DNA of 64,000 nucleotides from an uncultured Gammaproteobacteria bacterium. Its GTDB lineage: Bacteria; Patescibacteriota; Microgenomatia; UBA12405. Below the pieces are notes generated by a model, which ran no database searches, was not told the DNA's origin, and saw only the letters and a list, made by a program, of their open reading frames with translations. The position numbers were made by a program, and so were the translations under genes. The DNA is taken from assembly GCA_964448705.1 (NCBI GenBank), contig CAYUZS010000002.1, positions 49,577 to 113,576 of the forward strand, written 5' to 3'. Numbering within the stretch: the first letter of the stretch is position 1; each line of letters begins with the position of its first letter. Of this stretch, positions 9,163 through 18,376 are shown piece by piece.

Positions 9163-9417
9163 TTAGTTAAGATTAACAACAGTGTTAACAGGAGTATAAT
9201 TTTTTCCTTCGGTTTGAGAAAAAAGAGTGGAAAGAGAGTTAAGTTCGGAAAGATTTATTTCCAACTGCTGATTGATAATTGTGGCCTGAGTAAGATTCTG
9301 ATTAGAAACATTGGCCAACTGACTTAGATCAACAACCTTAATAGAGTAGATGATGGAAAAAATTACCTGAAGACAAAAGGAAAAGGCAGCCAATATGGTC
9401 AATGGTTTAAGACTCAT
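9163..9417 (-). CDS. FtsL-like small membrane/coiled-coil protein
   Basis: 84 aa with one TM segment and a heptad-like region. Sits at the ftsL position between rsmH and the PBP; the call rests mainly on synteny. Confidence 0.5.
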   Translation of the reverse strand: MSLKPLTILAAFSFCLQVIFSIIYSIKVVDLSQLANVSNQNLTQATIINQQLEINLSELNSLSTLFSQTEGKNYTPVNTVVNLN

Positions 9418-10286
9418 TAATCTATTCTATATGATCTGAGGACTGATGATCGAGATAAAGGATTATTTTTTATTTCAGAAAAAGACGGCAGAATGGCTTT
9501 GGTATTTGAGGCGGGAAAATGCTGACGAATAAATTGTTTAACCAGACGGTCTTCACCGGAATGAAAGGAAATAACAGCTACAACACAACCGGGAGAAAAT
9601 TTTAAAGTGGCCTGAAGAGCATTTTTTAGATTAGCAAATTCGTCGTTAACCGCGATTCTGAGGGCCATAAAAACTTTGGTAGCCGGATCTATTTTACTAT
9701 GGATGTGTTTTTCCTGGTAGTATTTACGGATAATGTCAGCTAATCTTTTTGCCGATTTTATCGGTTTATATTGTCTTTCTGAAATAATCCTGATGACAAG
9801 CGGTTTACTGAATTTTTCCTGGGCTAATTTGGAAAAAATATCATATAACTGCTGAAAGTCGTAAGTGTTGATAATTTCTTCAGCAGTAACAGTTTGAGTT
9901 TCTGGATCAAGCCTCATATCCAGTGAATCCGGATCGTTAAAAGAAAAACCACGACCGACACTTTTTTGCTGTCCGGAACTTAGTCCAAGATCAAAAAGAA
10001 TACCGTCAATTTTTGCCGGTATTTGATGACCAATAAGATTTTCCAATTGATTAAAATTAAAATGAAGAGGAATAAACTTTTGGGAAAGACCTAAATCGGA
10101 AATTCTTTGTTGAGCGATCGCCAAATTTACAGGATCCTGATCCAGTCCATAGACAATGCCGCCATGATTGATTATTTCCAGGGAATGACCACCATTTCCG
10201 GCTGTAGCATCGACATAAATACCACCGGGAACGACGTTAAGAACCTTAATTACTTCGTTTACCAGTACCGGTTGATGAAACTCCAT
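9417..10286 (-). CDS. rsmH: 16S rRNA (C1402-N4) methyltransferase
   Basis: HQPVLVNEV, VDATAGNGGHS, DLGLSS, RGFSF, LDMR, FMALRIAVN, ISFHSGEDRLVK, NPLSRS. Confidence 0.95.
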   Translation of the reverse strand: MEFHQPVLVNEVIKVLNVVPGGIYVDATAGNGGHSLEIINHGGIVYGLDQDPVNLAIAQQRISDLGLSQKFIPLHFNFNQLENLIGHQIPAKIDGILFDLGLSSGQQKSVGRGFSFNDPDSLDMRLDPETQTVTAEEIINTYDFQQLYDIFSKLAQEKFSKPLVIRIISERQYKPIKSAKRLADIIRKYYQEKHIHSKIDPATKVFMALRIAVNDEFANLKNALQATLKFSPGCVVAVISFHSGEDRLVKQFIRQHFPASNTKAILPSFSEIKNNPLSRSSVLRSYRID

Positions 10287-10915
10287 TACTGATTTTGATA
10301 ATTACCTACCGGCGAACTCTGAGTACTGCCATAGACTGAATAACCGCCGCGATAGTTTTTAAGAAGAAGATAATAATTGCTGCCGGAAAGTTTTGATTTA
10401 AGAGGAACAGAAAAAGAACTATCCGTTAAAGCCAAAGAACCGGCTTTGTTGAGATCAGCAGTTGATTTGAGGGTAAACAAAGTTTCGTAAGTTGACATTT
10501 GGCCGTTTTTATCGATAAAGTTAAGTGTCATCGTTCCCCCGGTTACACCTTTATCATAGCTATATTTACAGCCATTAGTACAGCTTTCCGTGCCTAAAAG
10601 CAGTTTTCTTTCGATGGTTTTGGTAATTTCTTTTAGGGTATCACCTACTCCTTTTTCAATTTCGGCGCCATTATCACTGGCGTTGTATAGAATTTCATAT
10701 TCAATTGAAGAAATTGAATCGGGAATATCGACAATTTTTAGGGTTAAATAGTGGCCGTCAGCACTGGGAGTGAGACTGATTAAAGGTCGTTGATCAAGAG
10801 GCATTTCGACAACTCTTAATGCTGGAGTCGGAGTGACGGTGGTAGCGGATTTTTTGGCACCGCAACCAGCTAATAATAAACCAGTGGCAATTAAGGTTAG
10901 TATTTTTTTCTTCAT
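10286..10915 (-). CDS. Putative lipoprotein
   Basis: MKKK, a hydrophobic stretch and lipobox LLAGC, followed by a Thr/Pro-rich tether. Confidence 0.65.
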   Translation of the reverse strand: MKKKILTLIATGLLLAGCGAKKSATTVTPTPALRVVEMPLDQRPLISLTPSADGHYLTLKIVDIPDSISSIEYEILYNASDNGAEIEKGVGDTLKEITKTIERKLLLGTESCTNGCKYSYDKGVTGGTMTLNFIDKNGQMSTYETLFTLKSTADLNKAGSLALTDSSFSVPLKSKLSGSNYYLLLKNYRGGYSVYGSTQSSPVGNYQNQ

Positions 10916-10916
10916 G

Positions 10917-12236
10917 TTAAGAGTTTAGTTGTTGAGCAAGCCAGTTGTCAACTTCAGAAGCGGGAATACGCACCTGAGTCATAGTGTCCCGATCTCGAAT
11001 TGAAACAGTGTTGTCTTCCAGAGTTTGATAATCGACAACTAAACACCAGGGAGTTCCGATTTCGTCCTGTCGACGATATTTTTTACCGATATTACCGCTG
11101 TCATCCCAATCGAGGGAATATTTTTGAGAAAGCGACTGATAGAGCTCGTCAGCTTTGGTAACCAATTCCGGTTTGTTGGCAGCCAGTGGGAAAATAGCCA
11201 TTTTATAGGCAGAAACTTGAGGTTTAATTTGCAGCCAGGTTCGAATTTCACCATTCTCCAAAGTGTCTTCATGATAAGCATCGAGCAACATGAAGAAAAA
11301 GCTGCGATCAACTCCACCGGAGGTTTCGGTGATATGAGGTAAATATTTTTCATGAGTAACAGGATCGAGATAGGATAAATCCTGATTACTGAATTGACTG
11401 TGTTGAGTTAAATCATAATCTGAACGCCAGTGAATTCCTTCCATTTCTGACCAACCCCAGGGAGCGTTATATTCAATATCAAAAGCTTTTTTGGCGTAGA
11501 AAACGAGTTCGTCTTTTTCGTGCTGTCGAAAACGAAGGTTATCGGATTGGTTAAACATTTTTTTATACCAATTCATACGCTCTGCTTTCCAATATTCATA
11601 CCACTTGTCCATTTCTGAGGGATGAACGAAGTATTGAATATCCCATTGTTCAAATTCCCGGGTGCGGTACAAAAAGTTTTTGGGAGTTATTTCGTTTCGA
11701 AAAGCTTTTCCGATCTGAGCGATACCGAAAGGGATTTTGACACGGGAGGAATCGACTATATTTTTGAAATCAAGATAAATAGTTTGACAGGCTTCACCCC
11801 GAAGATAGGCATGCATTTTTTCGCCTTCAATGACACCAATGTCGGTTTCAAAAAGAATATTATATTTACGGCCCTCGGTGAATTCTCCATCGCATTCCGG
11901 ACATTTAGCAGCGTTGTCGATTAAATCCGGACGAAAGCGTTTATGGCACGATTTGCATTCGACCATAATATCGGCAAAGTTTTTAACATGCCCCGAAGCT
12001 TCCCAAACTCTGGGATGGGTAATTATTGAACCATCAATTAGAACTATGTCCCGACGGCGGGTAACGTTGTCGCGGATCCAAAGATTTTTCCAATTGTATT
12101 TCATCAACGCTCCGACCGGACCGTAATCATAGAAACCCTGAACACCTCCGTATATTTCACTGTTCTGAAAAATAATTCCCCGACGTTTGCAGAGAGAAAC
12201 AATTTTGGAAACGATATCGTTTTGAGTATTTGCCAT
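10917..12236 (-). CDS. glyS: Glycine--tRNA ligase, alpha2 (eukaryote/archaea-like) type
   Basis: LCKRRG, EIYGG...YDYGPVG, WEASGH, AQIGKAFRNEITP, REFEQ, GNIGKKYRRQDEIGTP anticodon-binding domain. Confidence 0.95.
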   Translation of the reverse strand: MANTQNDIVSKIVSLCKRRGIIFQNSEIYGGVQGFYDYGPVGALMKYNWKNLWIRDNVTRRRDIVLIDGSIITHPRVWEASGHVKNFADIMVECKSCHKRFRPDLIDNAAKCPECDGEFTEGRKYNILFETDIGVIEGEKMHAYLRGEACQTIYLDFKNIVDSSRVKIPFGIAQIGKAFRNEITPKNFLYRTREFEQWDIQYFVHPSEMDKWYEYWKAERMNWYKKMFNQSDNLRFRQHEKDELVFYAKKAFDIEYNAPWGWSEMEGIHWRSDYDLTQHSQFSNQDLSYLDPVTHEKYLPHITETSGGVDRSFFFMLLDAYHEDTLENGEIRTWLQIKPQVSAYKMAIFPLAANKPELVTKADELYQSLSQKYSLDWDDSGNIGKKYRRQDEIGTPWCLVVDYQTLEDNTVSIRDRDTMTQVRIPASEVDNWLAQQLNS

Positions 12237-12240
12237 AGTG

Positions 12241-12390
12241 GTCTCTAAAGTATTAATTAAATAATAACATTAGAGGTCCCTTCAGAGTATTTAGGGAGGT
12301 TCCACCTCAATTGCCAAACTATGATTATCCAATCAGTTTGACCACTTATTCAACCTGCTCCGGGGAGCCAATCCCCCATCACTGCAGAAT
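12241..12390 (-). promoter_or_regulatory. Glycine T-box riboswitch leader (compact, probably translational)
   Basis: On the minus strand: AAUUGAGG-UGGAACC-UCCC...GGGACCUC antiterminator, a preceding Stem III, and a K-turn-based short Stem I with the Gly codon GGC in its loop. Lies directly upstream of glyS. Confidence 0.85.
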
Positions 12391-12395
12391 AGCAA

Positions 12396-12404
12396 ATTAT
12401 AGCA
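12396..12404 (-). promoter_or_regulatory. Extended -10 promoter for the glyS T-box leader
   Basis: TGCTATAAT (TGn-TATAAT) about 6 nt before the first Stem I base. Confidence 0.7.
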
Positions 12405-12421
12405 TACGAAAATAGTTCAAG

Positions 12422-12745
12422 TTATTTTTCACCACTTTTGAAGTAATAGCCAATAACAAAACCAAGAGAAGAGCCAACAATAGAACCAATTATTGAGAGT
12501 ATATCTTTTAAATCAATTAGTAGTTCGTTATTTTTAATGGTATTGTAGATTAAATAATTGTATGTTGGTATGAGAATAACAACAAGACCTATCAGTATGA
12601 AGAAACCCCATACGAAAACATTAGCAATTCTTGCCCTTTGATGATCAATATGTTCTTTTGGATTATATCTAGCTGGTTTGAGGTTGCTTTCAATAGTACT
12701 TTGTAATTTTGCAAAAGACTCTTGAAGATTTGTTTCTCTATTCAT
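12422..12745 (-). CDS. Small 2-TM hypothetical membrane protein
   Basis: Two hydrophobic helices and C-terminal GFVIGYYF; overlaps the upstream ORF by 4 nt. Confidence 0.65.
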   Translation of the reverse strand: MNRETNLQESFAKLQSTIESNLKPARYNPKEHIDHQRARIANVFVWGFFILIGLVVILIPTYNYLIYNTIKNNELLIDLKDILSIIGSIVGSSLGFVIGYYFKSGEK

Positions 12746-12984
12746 TGTTCGAGAAATTCTTTAGATAGTTCAACATAGCTATTTACTAGAGTTTCTGTCT
12801 TCTTTAGGATAATTTCGATATTTTGTTGCATTTTTTCGATCTCATCTTTTAGTTTTTGGTCTTGTATAGATATAGCTGATTTTTTTAAGAGAGCATATTG
12901 AATAGCAAGTTCTTGGAGTGCTTCAACATTTTCTTTAAGAGCAGAGTTAACTTGATTACTTTTATCGACTATCTGTTGGTTCAT
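12742..12984 (-). CDS. Small coiled-coil hypothetical protein
   Basis: 80 aa helical, Q/E/K/L-rich; TATAAT 8 nt upstream of the ATG. Confidence 0.6.
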   Translation of the reverse strand: MNQQIVDKSNQVNSALKENVEALQELAIQYALLKKSAISIQDQKLKDEIEKMQQNIEIILKKTETLVNSYVELSKEFLEQ

Positions 12985-13011
12985 CTATCGATATTATAAC
13001 GGATTAATAAA

Positions 13012-13572
13012 TTATCGGAAGAGTTTGTCGCTTTGGAGCGGTTTTTCAATGATAGATTCCAAATGCCGTTTAAGAATTTTTTGAGCGGTGATATAGTCCT
13101 GCTGTTGATAGGCTTGGGTAACAGTTTCCGGTAAACCAAAACCAAGAAAATTAATAAACTCCATCTCGTACTTGATGAATTGGGATAATTGATTGAGGTT
13201 AATCGAAGTAATTAATTTTTCTGAAATTTGGTAAATGCCGGGAATATTTTGATTTTCAGCAATAAAATAATTGATTATTTCAAGAACGTAAAATAATAGG
13301 TTAAGCTGAGTTAAGGATTTTTGGTGATGAAGAAATTGAGAAACAGAAATTGATTCTGATAACCATAAAAAATCATTTTTTTGATAAAGATGAGCTTTAA
13401 TGATATTCCCCAACTGAAGTGTGCCCAGACGACTGCTTTTGATATTTTTAGCACCTTTGGCCAGAACAACAATTTTACCCAGTTCCGGAGTCAGCAGAGT
13501 AACAAAAATATCTGTTTCCCGATAAACTTTGGTTTTAACAACAATTCCGAGTGTATTTTGAAATTTTGGCAT
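13012..13572 (-). CDS. recO: DNA repair protein RecO (short form)
   Basis: GIVVKTKVYRETDIFVTLLTPELGKIVVLAKGAKNIKSSR is the RecO N-terminal OB fold; no Zn-finger. Confidence 0.85.
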   Translation of the reverse strand: MPKFQNTLGIVVKTKVYRETDIFVTLLTPELGKIVVLAKGAKNIKSSRLGTLQLGNIIKAHLYQKNDFLWLSESISVSQFLHHQKSLTQLNLLFYVLEIINYFIAENQNIPGIYQISEKLITSINLNQLSQFIKYEMEFINFLGFGLPETVTQAYQQQDYITAQKILKRHLESIIEKPLQSDKLFR

Positions 13573-15530
13573 TAAAGAGAAAGTTTGACGGTTTTATCAC
13601 CAGTCCAAGTGAAACTTTCTTCAAGTTTACCATTTACCCAAAGATCATAGGGAATATCTTTAGTACCCGGTTGTTTTTGGAGCAACAAAGTATAGTTGGC
13701 ATTAGCGGGGACACTGGAAACATATTGTACAGATGTTTTGGCGCTGGATTGGGCATAAAGTGGATATTTATTTCCGTAAAATCCTTCAAAAACCTGCTTA
13801 CCAAGTTCTTCATAAACAACGGGTTCGACTTCGGAGCCAGTCATTTTTACCAGTTTTGAACCGGTGGGAACATAGAATCTAAACCAATCGCGATATTTGG
13901 GAGCATTAAGACATAGTCCGCCTGTTTCCAAATTACAGTTGCTGGCCTTAAAAGGATTAGTGTAGGTGACGGTGACTTTATGCTCTACCTGTCCGTTATT
14001 GGCGATGATTTCGTGTTTTATTTTTTGAGTGAGAAAAATATTAGTTTTAGCACTGGCGAAATTGGCATCATTAAGATGAAGATAATCAATAGAATTGTCG
14101 GTCTGGGTGATGCTGCCGGCAATACCTGCAGTGACGGCGGCTTTTTGGATTTCCGGATCAGTAAAGTAAAAAACAACGTGTTTTTTCATGATATCGTTAA
14201 ATCCGGTTTCGACCAGAGATCCGATTTTATTCTTTTCGGCACCAAGGACATTAGAAAGAATAGTGTGAATTAACGGACCAAGGAATCCTTTACGATTATT
14301 ATCGATATAGTTACGGGGCTGACCAGCCTCCCACTCTATCTGGTAAATAATTTGAGGACAACCATTACATCTTTTATCGGGATCAGCAGAAACATTTCCT
14401 AAAGTGCCGGCACCAACCCGACCTATTACTTTGAGAAGATCGACAAGAACCTGGGTGTCGATACCAATGACAGCATCAAATTTAGTTTTAGTTTTAGTAA
14501 TTTTGTAATAGGTATCCATAAAAGGTTCGATACTGGTGGGGAAATCAGGAGACAAATTCATGTCTCTAAGATTGTAGTAAGGAACATTAAGATGGTAGGC
14601 TTTTAACGGCCGGGGAGCCGGGACAGTGCTGCTGTACATAGCGTCGAGATCATAGATATTGCCGGAAGCACCGGGAGTAATCTTACCTTTATTAATAGTC
14701 ATAGTGCCATAAGCTGTCCAGAAACCACCGGTGGGACGAAGCTCAGCATCGTTTTGAAAAATCAAGAAATAGGTTCTGGGGCCATCTTTACCGAGAAACC
14801 ATGAGAGTTTAGAGAGAATCGGCTGACCGTTTTTAGTGAGTTGATGAATATCAGCGACGGTTTGTTTGGCTAAATTGATATTTGATTTAATAATCATGCC
14901 GTTAAATTCATCCGGATAACGTGATGAATCAATTTGATCAAATTCTGTTTCGATTTCGGCAAGTTTGGCTTCAATAGTACTAAGATGAGGAATAATTCCT
15001 TCCACAGATTCGGTTAAAAAGTCCAATCTATCCTGAGTAGTGGTGGCACTGTCGGTAGCAGAACCGGCTAATCCCAAGAAATCCTGATAAGGCTCGACGG
15101 CAGTAATGACAATTTGACCGGTTTCCAGACCTAGTTTTCCAATATTAACTAAATGATTACCATCAGAATAATAATCTTTTAGATAAGGTAATACCTTCAT
15201 GTAGGAAAACTTTTGATAGGACGACTGAAGTTGAGAAAGTTTTGACTGAAGATCGCTAACCTGGACTTTGGCATCTTTAAGATCTTTGTTGGCGACGGCG
15301 CTTTTAAGTTTATTGACACCTTCCTGAAGTGAAGTGGCTTGAGAGTAGATTTTTTGACCGGGAAGATAAACCAAGAAGAAACCGCTGATACCAAAAATGC
15401 CGATAATAATTAACAAAACCAAAAAGATTCTGGAAATAACTTTCAGAAACTTAGGTGTTTTTTTCTTACCACCGGTAACAGTAATTTTTTTTTCGGAGGC
15501 AGGTTTAGAAATAGACGGAACATCAATCAT
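13572..15530 (-). CDS. DUF4012-domain membrane-anchored protein
   Basis: N-terminal TM and coiled coil; FQNDAELRPTGGF, RDMNLSPDFP and LLLQKQPG motifs. Typical neighbour of priming glycosyltransferases. Confidence 0.8.
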   Translation of the reverse strand: MIDVPSISKPASEKKITVTGGKKKTPKFLKVISRIFLVLLIIIGIFGISGFFLVYLPGQKIYSQATSLQEGVNKLKSAVANKDLKDAKVQVSDLQSKLSQLQSSYQKFSYMKVLPYLKDYYSDGNHLVNIGKLGLETGQIVITAVEPYQDFLGLAGSATDSATTTQDRLDFLTESVEGIIPHLSTIEAKLAEIETEFDQIDSSRYPDEFNGMIIKSNINLAKQTVADIHQLTKNGQPILSKLSWFLGKDGPRTYFLIFQNDAELRPTGGFWTAYGTMTINKGKITPGASGNIYDLDAMYSSTVPAPRPLKAYHLNVPYYNLRDMNLSPDFPTSIEPFMDTYYKITKTKTKFDAVIGIDTQVLVDLLKVIGRVGAGTLGNVSADPDKRCNGCPQIIYQIEWEAGQPRNYIDNNRKGFLGPLIHTILSNVLGAEKNKIGSLVETGFNDIMKKHVVFYFTDPEIQKAAVTAGIAGSITQTDNSIDYLHLNDANFASAKTNIFLTQKIKHEIIANNGQVEHKVTVTYTNPFKASNCNLETGGLCLNAPKYRDWFRFYVPTGSKLVKMTGSEVEPVVYEELGKQVFEGFYGNKYPLYAQSSAKTSVQYVSSVPANANYTLLLQKQPGTKDIPYDLWVNGKLEESFTWTGDKTVKLSL

Positions 15531-15559
15531 CCTTTAAGTTTAAAGTATTTTTTTAAAAT

Positions 15560-16231
15560 TTACCAGATTGATAACATGGCTAAAGGAGTTTTTAGAAGAA
15601 TAATAATTTCCTGACGGAAAGATCGGTTCTTAATATAGTTGGCATCAAGCTCGGCTCTTTTTTCAAAGCTTAATTCATTTCTTCCGGATGTCTGCCAGAG
15701 ACCGGTGATGCCCGGTTTGGCAGTCCGAATGACATCAATATATTTTTTAGTCTGAGGATATTTGGCCTCGTATTCTTTCAATTCTTCATCACGATAAGCT
15801 CTTGGACCAACTAAACTCATCTCTCCTTTCAGAACATTTATAAATTGAGGCATTTCATCAACAGATGTGCTGCGGAGTATTTTACCGATGGCAGTGATTC
15901 TGGGATCTTCTTTCATGGGAAGTTTCCAATCAGATTTTTTGTATTTTTCCCAAAGTTCGGGATATTGTTCGCGTAATCTTTTATCGTTGTCACCGATATA
16001 CATACTACGAAATTTATACATATAAAATTCTTTTTTCTGACCGACTCTTTTTTGTTTAAAAATAACCGGTCCGGGAGAAGTGAGTTTAATAAGAATGGCA
16101 GAGATGATCAAAAAAGGAGAAAAAATGAGGAGTAAAAAGAGTGAACCAAAAATATCAATCAACCTTTTGGAGGTATCAAAAAGAAAAATTCTTTCTTTCA
16201 AAAATAATTTATCTGTTTTTTCATTGATCAT
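15560..16231 (-). CDS. Priming polyprenyl-phosphate sugar-1-P transferase (WbaP/WcaJ/CpsE C-terminal type)
   Basis: KRLIDI, SPGPVIFKQKRVG, YKFRSM, DPRIT, DEMPQFINVLKGEMSLVGPR, KPGITGLWQ. Confidence 0.92.
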   Translation of the reverse strand: MINEKTDKLFLKERIFLFDTSKRLIDIFGSLFLLLIFSPFLIISAILIKLTSPGPVIFKQKRVGQKKEFYMYKFRSMYIGDNDKRLREQYPELWEKYKKSDWKLPMKEDPRITAIGKILRSTSVDEMPQFINVLKGEMSLVGPRAYRDEELKEYEAKYPQTKKYIDVIRTAKPGITGLWQTSGRNELSFEKRAELDANYIKNRSFRQEIIILLKTPLAMLSIW

Positions 16232-17321
16232 TTTGGGATAGAAAATATTTTTTAAATTTAGAATCACTTACCATTTTGGCAACCAACTCACGAACTTTGT
16301 AACTGCCATTATAAGCAATATTGCAGACTAATAAACCATCAGGAGTGTCGATAATCGCTAAATTATTAACATCTACAAGTCCTACCAGTTTTCCTTTTGG
16401 GGCTAAAACAAGGCATTTTTTGGAATCAACTTCCAAAAATTCAGTATCCTGATTAAGAGGAATAACTTTGTCAGTTTTAATTGAAAGTTGACGATAGATA
16501 GATTTCCATTCGCCGACATCATTCCAGACAAAATCAGCGGCCAGCATAACAATATTTTTAGACTTTTCAGAGATGGCTATATCAAGGGGTAAACTTGGTG
16601 ATAATGAATAAATATGGGGAATGTCTTTGGGAGAGGATATTATTTTTTGATATAAGTCATAGTATTTTGGTGAACAGGATTTGAATTCCGAGAGAATAGT
16701 CTGAACATTAAAGGTGTAGATTCCCGAATTCCAATAACTTTTTCCGGAGCGAATTAATTTTTCAGCCGTGGCCAGCGGTGGTTTTTCGATGAAATTTTTG
16801 ACGGTATAAATCCCCTGTTGTTGATGACCGACTAAAATATAACCAAAAGAAACACTGGGTGAATTTGGGACAATTCCTAAGGTAACAACAATCGGTTTAC
16901 CGGCGGCAATAAGAGCGGATTTTTTTATCTGTTTAACGAAAACAGGTAAGTTGCCAATATAGTGATCGGAAGTAAAGGAGGAAATGACGGCCTGAGGATT
17001 TATCTGAGAAATAATAGAAGAGGCATAAAGAATGGCCATGGCGGTGTTCTTTTTATCGGGTTCGGAAATAAGATTATGTTCGGAAAGTAGACCTTTTAAA
17101 TGGCTTTTAATGAGGTGATTATATTTTTGGTGGCTGATGACAAAAATGTGGTCTCTGGGAACTATTTTTTGAGCTCTTAAAAAAGTTTCTCTAAGAAAAG
17201 AATCTTTGGAAAGAATGGATAAAAATTGTTTCGGATGACCGGACCTGGATAGTGGCCAGAGCCGTGGACCGCTGCCCCCGCAAAGAATTAAAATATAATG
17301 ATTATTTACTGTTCCCGACAT
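16221..17321 (-). CDS. manC: Mannose-1-phosphate guanylyltransferase
   Basis: ILCGGSGPRLWPLSR..PKQFL, EP..KNTA, SDHYI, FIEKP, WNSGIY, WNDVGEW. Confidence 0.9.
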   Translation of the reverse strand: MSGTVNNHYILILCGGSGPRLWPLSRSGHPKQFLSILSKDSFLRETFLRAQKIVPRDHIFVISHQKYNHLIKSHLKGLLSEHNLISEPDKKNTAMAILYASSIISQINPQAVISSFTSDHYIGNLPVFVKQIKKSALIAAGKPIVVTLGIVPNSPSVSFGYILVGHQQQGIYTVKNFIEKPPLATAEKLIRSGKSYWNSGIYTFNVQTILSEFKSCSPKYYDLYQKIISSPKDIPHIYSLSPSLPLDIAISEKSKNIVMLAADFVWNDVGEWKSIYRQLSIKTDKVIPLNQDTEFLEVDSKKCLVLAPKGKLVGLVDVNNLAIIDTPDGLLVCNIAYNGSYKVRELVAKMVSDSKFKKYFLSQNDQ

Positions 17322-18376
17322 AATTTATCGACTGCCTTTTTGAAGTTTAACATAAATTTAGTTTCGGAAAATTGAAGAGCATTTTGTCGACAAATTTTAG
17401 GATCAAAAACTATTTTTTCAAAATTACGTAATGCTTTTGTCAGATCAGAAACAAGAGGCCGATTAAAAAGTAAACCGGTCTGGCCATCGACTATAGTTTC
17501 AGTGTTACCTCCCTGCCCCAAACCAATTACCGGCCGACCGCATGCTTGGGCTTCAAGAGCGACAAGACCAAAATCTTCCAGTTGAGGACAAATGACAGCA
17601 TGGCAATTTTGGTACAGTGTCAGTAATTTTTTGTCCGATACCTTACCGGCGAAAGTAATATTTCTATTTTTAGAGGCTAATTTTTTTAGTTTTTTTTCTT
17701 CACGGCCGGTGCCGACAATTATCAAATTTTGGGGAAATTCTTTAAAGGCCTTGATGACCAAATCAATATTTTTATGAGCAACTAATCGGGTAACTATAAG
17801 ATAGTAATCCGAAGTCGGACGGTTGAGCGGTTTAAAATAATCAGTGTCGATACCGGGATAAATTACCAATGGTTTAATATCCAACTTTTCCGATAACCGC
17901 TGCTGAACTGTTTTTGAATTGCACAAGGAGATATCCGGACGGCGGGCATATTGATAATCAAGACGGCGGTAAATATTTAATAAGGGAGACAAAAAACGAT
18001 ATTTAGGAGGAGTGAAATATAAATAACGATTTAAATTGTGGTAATAACAAATAAATTTAGTGGAAGGCGGAGTGATGAGACAATGTCCGACAACAGAGGT
18101 GGTGGAAATGACAATATCATATTGAGAAAAATCAAATTGTTCCAAGGCCAGGTCGTAAATAGGAGTGTAGACCAGAGGATTGTTTTTAGAAAACGGAAGA
18201 CGATTGATAAAAGAAGTAATAACTGAAGTTTGACGGGGAAGCCATGGAGTTTTAGAGGGATTGTGGACTAAAGTATAGACCGGAGCATCGGGATAAATTT
18301 TTATTAAAGAAAGTAAAACTTTTTCGGCACCTCCCCATTGATTCAGCCAGTCATAAAATAAAGCAACTTTAGGCAT
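17306..18376 (-). CDS. GT4 glycosyltransferase (WbaZ-like mannosyltransferase)
   Basis: DWLNQWGGAEKVL and EDFGLVALEAQACGRPVI. Confidence 0.88.
   Translation of the reverse strand: MPKVALFYDWLNQWGGAEKVLLSLIKIYPDAPVYTLVHNPSKTPWLPRQTSVITSFINRLPFSKNNPLVYTPIYDLALEQFDFSQYDIVISTTSVVGHCLITPPSTKFICYYHNLNRYLYFTPPKYRFLSPLLNIYRRLDYQYARRPDISLCNSKTVQQRLSEKLDIKPLVIYPGIDTDYFKPLNRPTSDYYLIVTRLVAHKNIDLVIKAFKEFPQNLIIVGTGREEKKLKKLASKNRNITFAGKVSDKKLLTLYQNCHAVICPQLEDFGLVALEAQACGRPVIGLGQGGNTETIVDGQTGLLFNRPLVSDLTKALRNFEKIVFDPKICRQNALQFSETKFMLNFKKAVDKLCREQ

Noticed and set aside
12241-12280. Intrinsic terminator in the glyS leader
   Set aside because: The alternative hairpin is followed by ACCACU-AUG rather than a U-tract, which fits translational sequestration better.
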